Part shown: in pieces, positions 28,340-41,079 of the stretch
Position numbering within the stretch: the first letter of the stretch is position 1
Layout of the letters: each line of letters starts with the position of its first letter
Source of the DNA: Trichosphaerium sp. ATCC 40318
Lineage: Eukaryota; Protista; Tubulinea
DNA: 64,000 bases
Direction of reading: 5' to 3'
Assembly: GCA_038496445.1 (NCBI GenBank)
Contig: JALMLS010000390.1
Location: forward strand, 1 to 64,000
Made by a program: the position numbers and the translations under genes
Notes under the pieces: generated by a model
Seen by the model: only the letters and a program-made list of their open reading frames with translations
The model's database searches: none
Told to the model about the DNA's origin: nothing

Positions 28340-30830
28340 AGTACACCGTTGGTTCCTGTTACTCTCATATGTTTGGTTGCTTGTTGCCACATTAGCTTGC
28401 GCATTAACTGATGTTGTTCCTTCCTTTTCGCTATTTCCAGCGCCAGTTTTAAATGGTTTTAATATAAGAAGGGAAGTTCCTGTACAAGTTGACATTATAA
28501 ATGCGCTTAATGGACCTCTCATTTTCGTAACAGAACAAGGTTACCCATCGCAGGTGAGTAGTTTTGCTTTGGTCAGCAGCAAATCTTTGTTTTTGACATA
28601 CTTCAACAGCTGGCATTGTTTGATTTGGGGACACGTTTTGATATGCACCCCAATAACTTCTCTCCTTTACGAAGCAGTGTATCGGTAATATAGAGTGATT
28701 AAGTGACAATCCTCTAACAAAGCAGGTCTAGACTTATGATGTTAATCTGGTACATGTTTCTAAAACCGTCAATACCACGTCTGAATACAAACTATTTGTC
28801 ATCAACGTTGGTAATCCAGTTGTTGTTTATACCTCTGGGTGGGCAAGTGGTCTAGTGTTGATGACCTAGTTTCTTTTTCACAACTTCAAAATCACGTGCC
28901 AGTTGCTATTATTCTCACTAAGGTAATAGAGCAGCGCTTGCTACTTCATTCGAAAACGAGTCCTATCTTTGGTTTATTAATCGTGATGAATCCTGCACTC
29001 TGATTGCAAGGATAACTGGTCCTATATCAAATATTGTGTTTACACAAACTAACAGCCTCGCATTTACAACAACAAGAGGTATTTACGTTTCTGATATAAC
29101 GACCATGTCTTTCAATGAAATCTATACTTCACGGGAGTCAACTCAGATCGATTCAATTAATGTACAAGTCCATTTTTTTGGAGTTCAAGTGTTTTCGTTC
29201 GACTTTGTTCGTTTTTAAAATCACGTGATTATTTATACTGATGCTTTTACAATAGGTGTACCGAGGCGATTTCATAGTCAGTTTATTTGATTTAACAACA
29301 ACAGCTGAGCCTTACGAAATATTCTTTTTGAGAAACAATGGTGATGTTATACCAGATACTGTATATTCATCGCCAAACGAATTTACAGTGACTACACATG
29401 AAGATAGATATTATGCTTATGGCCACGAATTTCCCGAGGGGACAAGTACGTACCTTCCAGCCAAACATACTTTCTTTTGGGTGACTTTGAACGTAAGAAA
29501 TATTTGCTGGGCAGAGTCCAACAGATGACTTGTGTGTAAGAGATGAGTTTACTGAGAACGACCCTGACAATGCACGACGTGGTATTCCACCAGTACTTCT
29601 TTTTGGTGATAATGACGACCTATTTGGGTCACTTGGTGCTGAACGAACACTGTTTGGAAATTTTTTGGTACTGTTTCTATCGAAGTATCTATCTTGGTTT
29701 TTTCTTACTTTGTTCCGTTTTTAATATAGTTTTCAAGGGCGGTAGTAAGACATTACACAAACCTTTGTGTGCGTGTTTGGTGCTATTGACTACTTATTAA
29801 CCCGATACAGGCTTATGACGTACAACCAACAAGCGCGCCAGAACCAACTATTGCACCTGTGTCACCAACAGAAATGATGCTAGTACCATCTACCATTGTT
29901 TCCCCTGTACCGTACGCAGCTTTTTTCCGGTTTCGGTTTATAACCCTTGTGACCCAGTACGATAAGAATACCTAGCACTATCAACACACCAGCTACGATT
30001 TTTACACCTTCCACGTACGCCCATCTTCAAAGTGGATGCAATAATCTAACCTGACAACAGCTTGACAATGCCAACTGTAAGTACCTCACCTTCAACGTCA
30101 CCACCAACTACCCTACCACCAACAAATACACCAACTGAGACACCCACTCTGCAGCCAAATGGTACTCCACCGACCACAACGATACCTCCGACTGAGCCAC
30201 CTGCACATTCCCCATTTATTCTATCACCAACCACAACCCAACCACCGCTCTACACCCACAGAATACCAAATTCCTGAGATTTCTTGCTTGGATACGTCCT
30301 CTTTTAGAGGCGGAGGAGCTTGCAGGTAATAGCATTGCTGATACAAAATTAAGCCTTACTATCGTTAGCTGTGCGAATACCTTGTATTTGTATCATTGTT
30401 AAACTGTCAATGTTGGCTCCCAAGGCTTAGAGTGTGCAGTGTTTTTGGCATTAAGTATCCTGGATTTCCTGAGACACAACTTGCTCTTGCTAGATTTAAA
30501 AATACGGATCGCTGCATTTAGCTTCACAAAACGAATACAAATATGGAATCTCCTAGGTCAACAGAATAGTCCCTTTCAACTATGAACAAATAAACATCGC
30601 TGCATTTTTATAGTAAAGGATTGTATACATACACTGTACAGTAGGTTGGATTGTTGTGTACAGAAATCTCGAAATCTAGCTTCACCAGGAAAAAGAATTA
30701 CATTTCTACTACGCTTGAACGGTAAATCAAGCTTGTCCGTAGTTGGTTGTTTGGATTGTCATCTTTTTCTAAATAGCTCATCTGGTCAATTCCTGCCAGC
30801 TTGGACAAGTGAAAGCCATCCGTAATTCCC
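28340..30830 (+). pseudogene. Secreted/surface protein gene with Pro/Thr stalk, apparently disrupted
   Basis: Signal-like RWFLLLSYVWLLVATLACA has no in-frame ATG (TAA just upstream); central exons splice cleanly; apparent frameshift near 30250 and in-frame TAA at 30400-30402. Confidence 0.5.
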
Positions 30831-30955
30831 ACTGCAAAAGCACATTACATTCAGTGTATATTATTATAAAGTAGAATCCCTTTTTTGGGTAGTTTCTGTC
30901 ACATTTGGAATGTGTTGAAAGCCGTTGAATTGTTGTTAATCCTCACACCACACTA

Positions 30956-31762
30956 ATGAGACTACTTATCGTACTTGTTTGCGTGGGCCTTGTTTGCTCA
31001 ACCCTTGCGTTCCTCAGCGCCAAAAAGAAGAGAGCACGAATGCCAAGAGTACCTGACCAACCTAAACTCGGTATGAAATACAACGCTCTCGTCAGGAAGC
31101 GCTACAGAGGATGCAAGAGGAGTGGCCCTTTCGTTTCCGAGTTCAGGCCTGAGGATGCGTTTTTCTTCACACCAGGTGTATGTGTATTAAACTCTACTCT
31201 AATGAACCACGGAGACGCTTTATCAAGGGTTTTACAAACCGGAACAAATGATTTGGGTAAACTGTTCAATAACGCCATCAAAGGTATTGCAGATAATAAG
31301 GTTACCCTCAGAGCAATCTTTGAGCCAGGTTACTACCAAATGCGTTTCCGTTACCGCTACTCAACAAAAAAACACGCTAGAGACGAAACAGCAAAGTCCA
31401 ACGAAGGTATTTTCGGCGGAATTCTACGTGATATCAAAAAGAGCATCGGAAATGAAGATTCTTTCGCTACTCTTGTAGCTACTTTCTTCCCTGAATCTGC
31501 AGAGCAAGCAGAAAGAGATCGCTTAAGCGCATCACCAAACACACCAATTGCAGTAGTAAACTTCAATGTACACAAAGGATCAGCAGAAGAAGAATGGCTC
31601 ACATCACCATGGAGCAACGTTAACTTTGGAACTCAAGGCGGATTACAAGAGAGAATTGCAATTAACACCGAAATACGCGCAATTGCAAACCGTATGGAGG
31701 TTCTAGTTTCTCATATTGAGTTCCAAAGAGTTAGACAAGTTCGTGTACGCAAACAGTACTAA
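30956..31762 (+). CDS. Intronless 268-aa secreted protein, possibly galactose-binding/CBM-like beta sandwich
   Basis: Uninterrupted ORF with signal peptide; PGYYQMRFRY...W...VSHIEF pattern; AATAAA right after the stop. Confidence 0.8.
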   Translation: MRLLIVLVCVGLVCSTLAFLSAKKKRARMPRVPDQPKLGMKYNALVRKRYRGCKRSGPFVSEFRPEDAFFFTPGVCVLNSTLMNHGDALSRVLQTGTNDLGKLFNNAIKGIADNKVTLRAIFEPGYYQMRFRYRYSTKKHARDETAKSNEGIFGGILRDIKKSIGNEDSFATLVATFFPESAEQAERDRLSASPNTPIAVVNFNVHKGSAEEEWLTSPWSNVNFGTQGGLQERIAINTEIRAIANRMEVLVSHIEFQRVRQVRVRKQY

Positions 31763-31810
31763 TCAATAAAACATTGACACTTCATGATTTTATGAGTGAT
31801 TGCTTTTTAT

Positions 31811-33348
31811 TTAAAAAGGACATTTTTTTGCAATTAATGCAACACCTTGGTCGTCATATTGTTCTCTTGTAATAAACATTTTATGAATAGAAGAGAGTCC
31901 TGCTAAACACGCAGCGCCATTCCACACAGCGTATTTCTAGAGTGAAAGGTGTCAAAATGAGTGCAATGGAAAAAAATCACATTTTGATAAAAAGCAAAAA
32001 AAGCTTGTTTGGTTTTTTTGTTGACGTACTCTCTCTGGTACAGCCTTGATATTTATCTTAATAGCAGGTGGCGTAAGTGCCATTAAATCTTTTTCTAAAC
32101 GCTCTGAGAATCCAGCGATTAAAGACGAGCCTCCAACAATATACAAATTAGAGTATAATGCTTTTCTAGTACCAATAGTACACCGCTGAATAGCGTCGTA
32201 TACTTGTTTAGATACACCTAAAAGTAGAACAATTTGTAAGAACCAACTACGCGCGTAAACATTTCAGTGTTTTTTTAGTACCGTCGAACTCGCGTTCTAG
32301 AATTGAAGGGTCAAAGAGTGATTCTACGGCTCTAAACCTTTGAGTAGATAGCTTAACGCTTGTTCCAGCCGATAAATCAAACCATTCTTTCTCTGCAACT
32401 GGGCTATTAGACTCTTTTTTAAAGTCATTCGCTGCGTAGCCTAGAGAGAAGGGGCTATTAGAGACGATATAAAACTACTTTACAAAATGCTAGCGTACAG
32501 AATTTCTCTTTTATGGCGTTAACGTCTTCAAATTGAAGACTTCCACACCCAGCTTCTGCTTTAAGCAGTTGACCAAGATCTTTAAACGTCAAGGACAAGT
32601 GTTGTCAAAAAAACATTAAAAAAAAGACAGATTTGTAGATACAGTTTGTAATGTCCCTGCCGCCAATCTGTAAGCGTACCATTCCTCTAGGTAGTACGTA
32701 TCCTTCATAAATAGCTGTGAATCTAGTTAAAAAGTTCATTTTTTTTGGGCGAAATTAGACTAGCGCACGTAGTGAGTGTTTCACCGATGTCTAGTACGCC
32801 AGCAGTCGTTGATCCTAGTGCATATAGTGCACATGTAGCGGAATTAGCAAAGAAAAGCGCAGGCACGTCGAACGTTTTGAACAACAGCTTTAACACATTA
32901 GTCTACAAGTTAGTCCTAGTGTTGGTACCTCTGCTAGCTTCTCCTTTTCCTCCATGTCGGTTTTGGGATTAGTTGACATAACAACTGGACAAGAGGCTAA
33001 ATCAGTGGCATTTTTTTTAACGGCATAGCGTAGAATGGCCTATTTGATGCTTAATGCTTTAATTTGGCTGCGTAGACTTATTTTTGTACCTCAATATCTG
33101 CCCAGTTGATTATTTCGCCTTTATCGCAAGGATAGCGTAGTGTAAGCTCCGATTTTAAATGTAGAGCATCATCACCGTATTTATCAACACCATCTGTTCC
33201 CCTGCCAATCACATTTGGTACTACTACTTCTGGAGCTTCGTGAGTTGCCCATCCAACTATTATTCCGTTAATAAGAACAAAACAACGTTAAAATACTTTT
33301 AATATTGCGAGAGCCAATTTCGATAACTGATATCTGAACGTCTGCCAT
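31811..33348 (-). CDS. Divergent actin-related protein
   Basis: EIGSRNIKIGW, LRYPCDKGEIINW, FKTFDVPA, AIYEGY, IGGRDIT, IVGGSS..GFSERL, KYAVWNGA, ITREQYDD. Confidence 0.92.
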
Positions 33349-33775
33349 AGTTGTCTTATGAAACGTTTTAAAGTTGCACAAAAAAAGAAATATGTTTACC
33401 AACGCTGACTCGAGACCACCTTTAGCGTACGTTGTTGGTGGGAAACTGGTAGGAGACATGGTAGGCAGAAACGTTGTAGTTCAGCTGTATGAAGAAGTTG
33501 TACTATACTGAATAGTTCTTATTTGCTTATTTCGCGTTTTCGTGCAATTCAGAACACCGATGTCAATGGCATAACTTATTTGTGGTGTTTGCCATAGCTT
33601 TGTGTTTGAACTTTAAACGCTCCACTGGCTTAATAACTTCGGTTCATTCATCAGCGAACAGTTTATAGGTATGATAAGATTTGGTTCAAATTTCGAAAAG
33701 TCACGTGATTGTTTTAAAATAAGCAGTTTTCTTTCCAAACGTTTGTGAACATTTTGAAATATCAAACTACAACAC

Positions 33776-35758
33776 ATGAAGCTACTGCTGCTTATCCACT
33801 TGGCGCTTTTGGCGTATTTTATAAGCGTAACATGTGCTCAAGTTAATTCTGAAACTAAAGATGGATTCGACGTTATTCCTACAGAAATAACATCTATTAC
33901 ATCTCTACGTAGTACTTGGTTCAATGGATACGACTTTTGGGCCATGTCAGCAAGTCGCAGTCGTAACAACGTATACCAGCTAAGACACGCGGGTAATACG
34001 TTTACATTGGATACAACACCGTTTCCAGGGAATATAGAGTATGAACCATTCAGATTTATGGCCCCATTCGCATCTAACAACTCTTTCTCGGTACTTGGTA
34101 CGTTTGCTTACAGCAAAAACTTTTCTTCTTATATTTCCATGATAGGTTCTACGTTTTCCAACTACGAGGCTGATGGCGTACGTATCACGTTACATACCGT
34201 TCTAAATAGTCTAATTTTCTTTTTTGTAGATTGGTTCACCGTTACAAGGAGTAGGCGGTTTACCTGCGAAAGTCAACACTCAACTCCTACGCGATACAAC
34301 GTTCTATGCGTCTACGGTAAATCTAAAACTCATCACGCCAATCAAATCATACTGACAACGAACAGGTTAGAGATGGTCAGGCGTTCTTTATAGGATACGG
34401 ACAACATCCTGTAGCCCAAGGGAACTTTAGCCTTTTGTTCCTTCGTGCTATCGTCGATATGGAAGGAGAATTGCTCTTGGAGTTTGACGCTGATAAAGAT
34501 ATGATTGTAGTTGAGCCACGTTCTTCTTGCTATGATACGTTCGAAAACGCCATGAAACCTCAAATTTTCATTGACCCAGATGAGTAAGCACCTTTCTTTA
34601 GAGTCCTGAGAACTTTCAATTTGAAGTTAAACTTGCTGATTTTTTTATTCGCTTAGTGCCCACGCTGTTGTTATTGTACCAGGAACATGCAAGGGTATTT
34701 TTAAGATAAGCAATGCTATCAATTTTGGGCTTCCTATGACAGATGTCTATTCTAGCGCATTACCAGGTACGGAATCTTCAATAGTTGAGTCAATAAAGCC
34801 TTGTACCCTTGTTAAGTTAGTCATAGGAACGCCTTCATCAGCAAGCTATGACCCTATATCAAACTGGCTTTATATTGGTAACAAGTCTCCAGGATCAACA
34901 CGAGGAAGGTAAGAATATAAAGACATAGTGTTCAGAGTTGTTTCTTAAAAGCACAGAGCGGTGTTTCTCTTGTCTCATCTTTGTCTAGCGTATCTATTTT
35001 CAACACAACACAAATGCAATACATGGACAGTACCTTTAACTTTGCTGTTGGAGAGAGTGACCCTGCTGCTATGGCACTTCGTACTGTACACGGACAGCCT
35101 AATCCATACCTATACGTTGCTTTCAGAGGAGGTTCGTGTTGCTTGTGATTTTGCTATAGCCTTGACGCTATTTAGGACCTCATATTGTTTCTTTAAAGCC
35201 TCCATTAGATGATGCACATGAATGGTAATGTATTTTAGGTTGGAAAAAATAAGTCTAATATGTTATTGTTTATTTAGGGAGGCTCTCGGCTATGCTACAT
35301 TACCTGCTGAGTATAATAGTATAGCGGATGGTTTGGTTGCTGGAGATTACGTTTATTTTGCTACTAACCAGCAACGATCAAAGATTTTTAGGTAAGCAGT
35401 GGTGTAACCACTTGATAGAACGAAACCTTACGATTATTTAGAGTTAATTTTGAAAACTTTTGTTTACCAATATGTGGCGAGGGTGAATATTGTAACGAAG
35501 GAAAATGCACATGTAGGACTGGTTACGAGCTTATTGATTCTGTTTGCCGCAATGTGTATAGAATTGAACCACAAGCGGACGTACGATTCAACATTTCTCT
35601 TTTTTTTCCATTTTTTTGATTCTCATGTAATTGTATAGAACGAAGGACGTAATACAGCTATAGCTCTTGGTGTTATTCTAGTATTTGCCTTGATAGTAGG
35701 TGCTTATGGTTGGTTCCTTGTTTTAACAAAGAAGAAAGGTTACAAGTCCGTTCAGTAA
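33776..35758 (+). CDS. Type I membrane protein with beta-rich ectodomain, EGF-like domain, TM and GYKSV tail (SadA-like)
   Basis: Signal peptide; YVYFATN..FCLPICGEGEYCNEGKCTCRTGY; TM TAIALGVILVFALIVGAYGWFLVL. Resembles the C-terminus of Dictyostelium SadA as I recall it. Confidence 0.7.
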
Positions 35759-35999
35759 AAAAACACTCAAATTCAAAAAAAAAATAAAGTCAAAACTCTT
35801 CAAAAATACTTTTATTTAATTTTCTCGATTTGGTGACACTTGACTTATTTTGTACATGTCTATTCCATTTTATATATTTTTTTAACGTATACCCAGTTAT
35901 TTTGTTTAAATTTACATTGTGTTTTAGTGATTTTTTTTGGCCTTCTTTCCAATTCTTTTTTTTTCTTTTCTGATTTTTTTGAGAAATGGAAAAAAAATA

Positions 36000-36311
36000 T
36001 CAAAAGTCTCCGAATAAATAAGAGCTCCAGAATGTCCCTTGACAACCTGTTGCTATTGTTTTTCCTTTTGGAGACACTATCTTAACTCTTTTAAAGCTTG
36101 GATTGACAGGTGTAGCTTCTACCTTCCAACCCTTCGCTACAGTGCACTTAAAGCCGTGAAATACGAAGCCTTTGCGTTTTAAAATCTTCATGTCTGCTTT
36201 TTTCATGTTGTGGAAGTTAAAAACCTGTGGTTCTGGTGGCGTCTCTTTAGGACGTGCTGCTAGGCCTTTTCTTACTAGTTTGTTCCTGTGTTTGCGTGGA
36301 ATGTTGTTCAT
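36000..36311 (-). CDS. Small basic intronless hypothetical protein (103 aa)
   Basis: ATG-started ORF with protein-like composition, flanked by AT-rich UTR-like sequence. Confidence 0.6.
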   Translation of the reverse strand: MNNIPRKHRNKLVRKGLAARPKETPPEPQVFNFHNMKKADMKILKRKGFVFHGFKCTVAKGWKVEATPVNPSFKRVKIVSPKGKTIATGCQGTFWSSYLFGDF

Positions 36312-37328
36312 TGTTACGGTATGTTATTCTCTTCGCCAGGTTTTAACAGTAGCATGTGTGGTTTGAGCGTTCCCGTATTTTTTTTTGTTATACTGAACAA
36401 TTTCTTCAAAACTACCCGTGTACGTATTGTGAGTGCTATGTGATGGCGTGTGGAGATATATAAAGCAGAAATTTCGACAAATACGCAAGTTTGACTTTTT
36501 TGAAGTTTGGCGTTATCATTACCAAATTCATCTTACAAGTTCCCTTTTCAGCCCACTACCAACAGCGCTCCAGTCTCACGTGGGACAGAACTTATGTTTT
36601 AGTAATAAAATGTCTTCCATTCCAAATGTTTCAAAAAATTAATCCGGCTGCCAGACCAGTTCGAAAAAGTTCGCTCTTTGCGAAGGACGTCAATTGTAAG
36701 CGAAAAAGATGCGTTCCTCAAAAGTCCCTTCCATTTGTGGGTGGACGATAAAACTTCATGGTAGTTTAACTCATTGTTCAGGATGTCACCTGTACAACGT
36801 ACAAAACCAATACGCTGTACGCGGACCTGCCAGAAATAGCACCAGAATCGTATCTGCCCGCTAGATGAACGCATCACATTGTTGTAACCACACCCGTTGT
36901 ACCTTTGCTGTGACAGAGCTCAATAAGTTCGCTACCTACTGTGGCTGTTCTGTGTTCTTACTTTTTCACAACGGATTTCAATGATTCACTTTAGAACCCG
37001 GATACATCCCAAATTTCCACTTAACCGCAAGTTCCTGATAGGAATATACCTGTACAGCAAAGACGTGAGACAATTGATACTGCTTCTCCTGCGTTCCAGC
37101 AAATTGTCACGAATGATTTTTTTTTGAAAAAAACTACACTACTACAACTTAACCTCAAATTGAACTGCTTACCCGTTTTGTGTGTGGACACTAATAGCTG
37201 CTATACATCGTAAGACGAAAAAAAAGCAACTTGAAAAAGCACGTGATATGTCAGTAACGGGTAAAGGCGTTAAGTCTGTGTTTTTTCGGGTTGTGAATTT
37301 TTTGTCTTTAGTTACAAGAACCAAACCA

Positions 37329-40300
37329 ATGGCAGCTGCTGCAAGTTCAGGACAGCTTTGGGTCAAAGTAATAGGCGCTCGTGGTGTAACATCAAAGCAT
37401 GATGGTATTTAGATTATTGTAACGCTATTTGGTGTTTAATGGTTTTACATAGTATACTGCAACCTGCGTATTAACGACAGCTCACCTAAGCCTATAAAAT
37501 TAAGGACAAAAGAAGTTCCAGCTAAAAATGGCAAACCGCAGGTATTGATGTCACAAAGAGTTGATTCGAATTCGTTTAACGCGTATACGTAGTGGAATGA
37601 AGAATTTCTCCTCAGTGTTCCAGATATCAACAATTCTTTGCTTATGCATGTTTGGGGTGATAAAATTATGCGAAACAACCAGTTTCTAGGTGAAGTAACA
37701 GTGAGGTGCAGTTTATTTCTCCTTTAAATGACATAATTCCTAAATAACGTTATAGCATGGAGACAATAACGTTAGGACAACAACAAGAAATGTGGGTCCA
37801 GCTAGAAGTGAGTTTAATAGAAAACAACCATTTTAGGCTTTTTTAACCTTTAAAAGGGTGACGTGAAAGGAAAACCAGGTGAATTACAACTCCTTGTTCA
37901 TTTCACAGCTTGTCCGGTCCCACAAGCGTAAGTCATGTCAATATTTTACCTAACTAATGTTCTGTCAAGGCCAAAACAGCGTGTTAACATGCGTTTCCCG
38001 TCATTTCGTCTTATTTTGGACCGTGTGAGATACTGGCCTGGTGAAGTAAGTGTCTTCTCGCTTCGTTTAAACATCGTTTTGTTCGGTTGTAAGTAAAATT
38101 GTTGAAGCTAAATGTCAACGTAGACAATTCGTGGAGCTGTAATGTTCAATGTTGGCAGACCTTATAAATGCCGTGGTGTAAGAGGCACGTGACAATTTGT
38201 GTTTATGGATTTATTAATGGATATTTTTAGTGAAGTTTATTGGAAAGCAGCGAACGCATTGGACAGAATCAGAGGTATGAAGAGAGCTTTTTTTACATTT
38301 TTTTCTTTTTTTTTTTCTATTTCAGTTTTAATTTTTTTTCTCGTAGGGAAGTGGTGATAATAGACGTACAGTTACTTATAGTGAGACTGTATTTTTTTTC
38401 CACAACAAATATACGCTTTATGGAAACGAGAAGAAAACTGTATGTCCTGCAAAATGCAAATTAAAATTGCTTTATAGTGGTTTTCTTGGTTTTTTCTATT
38501 TTGTTTATTTTAAGCTCTTACACGTGTTATTTAGATGAAGATCGACTCTGGCAGTTATTACTGGCCATTTGAGTTTACTTTACCTCTAAACTTGCCGCCT
38601 TCATTTAGACATGCACACGGTTGGACAGAATACAGTTGCAGTGGTTATGTCGATATTCCAATGAAAATTGATAAACAAGTTAAACAAGTATGTCAACCTT
38701 TTTTGTTTTGTTTATTGGACTGTTTTTATTCTCTTGTTTTGTGATCCTATGTTTCTAATAGTCTTCTTTAGGCTCTTGTTATACATATTCAGTATGCTAA
38801 TTTATCACCTCCTGCCATCATGGTTAAACAGAAACACTATGGTACGCGTGTAATTTGAAACAAAAAAATTCTTTTAGCAATCGCTTACGTACTCTTAACT
38901 AGGTAAGAATAAGGATCCTATCACAATGTCGGCAGTACTTGGTTCTAAAGTAAACTATATCGGAGAAGAAATGTCCGTTGATGTTGTACGTTTCTTACCA
39001 AGGAAACTGTTTGTAGTAAGTTTGTGCCTAATTTGTTTTCAATAGAAAATTGATAATCAGTCTCAAAAGAAGATTGGTAAACTTGAGGTAGCACTTAAAG
39101 GAAAGCTACTCACATATGGTACACGTGGGGCAACAACAGGTGGTCATATTTATGGAGGGTACACCTTTTATTTTGAAACAAAAACAGCAAATTTTCATTT
39201 TTTTTTTGTTTTCTTTTCTTGATTTGGCTGACAGGTGTTGTTATAGACGTAGAAAAATCCGTAGATGGAAAGTTTGTGCATTCTCTAGTACAATAAAGGG
39301 AGCGAATATATTCCCTGTTCTTCCTGGAGAAACTAAATCTGGGTTGTTTAAATTTCAATTACCTGCAAACATGCTACCATCTCTTCCTCATGATATTTCT
39401 CCGATTGTTAAGCTTGATTGGGTTCTTAAAGTAGCTGGTGATGTTAAAGGTATTTTTATAAACATTTAGTAGTGATACTAATCACGTGATAAAAGGTTTT
39501 ATGAATGGAAAAGTTAAGACAAAGACTGCAGCACTTATTGGTTGGCGTATTCCTCAATTTCTCCAAAGTATCTCTCAACCAACAGCCGTATGTCATAACA
39601 AATTGTTATAGTGTAATATATTCAAACACTAATATTTGTATTATTAGGCTATGGGTATTCCAGGAGAGATTCGTGTCATGCAACAACGTAAGCATAAAAA
39701 ACTAATTTGGATTGTTTAAAAAGTTAAAGTTCTAATCTTATTTTCCTTCCAGCTGCTCAAGTTATACTCCCACCTCCTGTGATCAATTACAATCAAGTTA
39801 GTCAAGTGAATGAAGGTGTTTATAATTACGAAAATGCAGCACCAGTACAGGTACACTAAAAGTTTCGACAAACCAATAAATTTCTTTCGTTCGTTTGTTG
39901 GCTTACAAAAAAACTTAGTGGGGTGAAGGTCCTTACGTTCGCGCTGAGAACCAAGTAGTTGTCGATCAAGCTACCGATTATAACGCTGTACGTATTTAAT
40001 TTAAAGCGATATTGGTTTAATAAAATTGTTTTAGCTTGTACAACAATACGGAGGGACTGATGTTACTGCTACTCCACAACGTGGTGCATTTGCTCAAGGA
40101 AGCCCTCAACAACCTAGACAGCAACCACTTCAAGGAGGCCATCCTCCACAGCAACAAGGTTATGCTCCTCAACAAGGTCAACCTCCTGTACAAGGTGGAT
40201 ACCCTCCACAAGGACAACCTCAAGGCGGTTATCCACCACAACAGGGTCAGCCTCAAGGCGGCTATCCACCACAACAAGGAGGCTACCCTCCACAACAGGG

Positions 40301-40664
40301 ACAACCTCAAGGCGGCTATCCACCGCAACAACAAGGACAGCCTCAAGGCGGCTATCCACCACAACAAGGACAACCCCAAGGCGGCTATCCACCACAACAG
40401 GGTCAACCTCAAGGCGGCTATCCACCACAACAAGGTTACCCTCCACAGCAACAGGGTCAACCTCAGGGTGGTTATCCACCACAACAGGGACAACCTCAAG
40501 GCGGCTATCCACCACAACAGGGACAGCCTCAAGGCGGCTATCCACCACAACAACAAGGTTACCCGCCACAACAGGGACAACCTCAAGGCGGCTATCCACC
40601 ACAACAGGGTCAACCTCAAGGCGGCTATCCACCACAACAAGGACAACCCGAACAACAACAGTAA
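37329..40664 (+). CDS. C2 domain plus arrestin (N and C) domain protein with QGGYPPQ repeat tail
   Basis: C2 [22 protein letters not shown]; arrestin [48 protein letters not shown]. Confidence 0.88.
40100..40660 (+). repeat. Coding tandem repeat, about 33-36 bp unit (caaggcggctatccaccacaacagggtcaacct; [11 protein letters not shown])
   Basis: More than 15 GYPPQ-type units directly visible. Confidence 0.95.
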
Positions 40665-41079
40665 AAACAATGTAATCCAAGTTTGATAAAGAAAGTTCTA
40701 AACATACCTAATTCTTTTTTTTGTAAACAGCGTTTTTTGCTTGTATTTAGGATACGCTTAAACAGAGGCAACTCGCCTGTAACTTGAAATTACCGGAACT
40801 CGGCTTCTGATTTCATCAGGTACTTACCATCAACAAGTAAAATAACTAGTTCAAAAATTCCTATTGACACTTGAGTATCTTCTTTGACATGTACAACATA
40901 GGTCAACTTTTTTAAATAAATGCTTGTTGTAAATATTGACATTGTAGATGTTAACGTAATATGGAGATATCTGTAAAACGCTGCTAGTTAATAAAAAAGT
41001 TCGGGGTTAAAAAAACCAATACAAGATTTAATTTGACCAAAAAATTGCTAAGTAGCGCTATGTGAAAGTGTTGGCTGTC

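Noticed and set aside
40100-40660. Possible CRISPR-like array
   Set aside because: No unique spacers; codon-periodic coding repeat in a eukaryote.
40017-40686. Three long repetitive ORFs ([26 protein letters not shown])
   Set aside because: Alternative-frame and antisense shadows of the QGGYPPQ exon of the arrestin gene.
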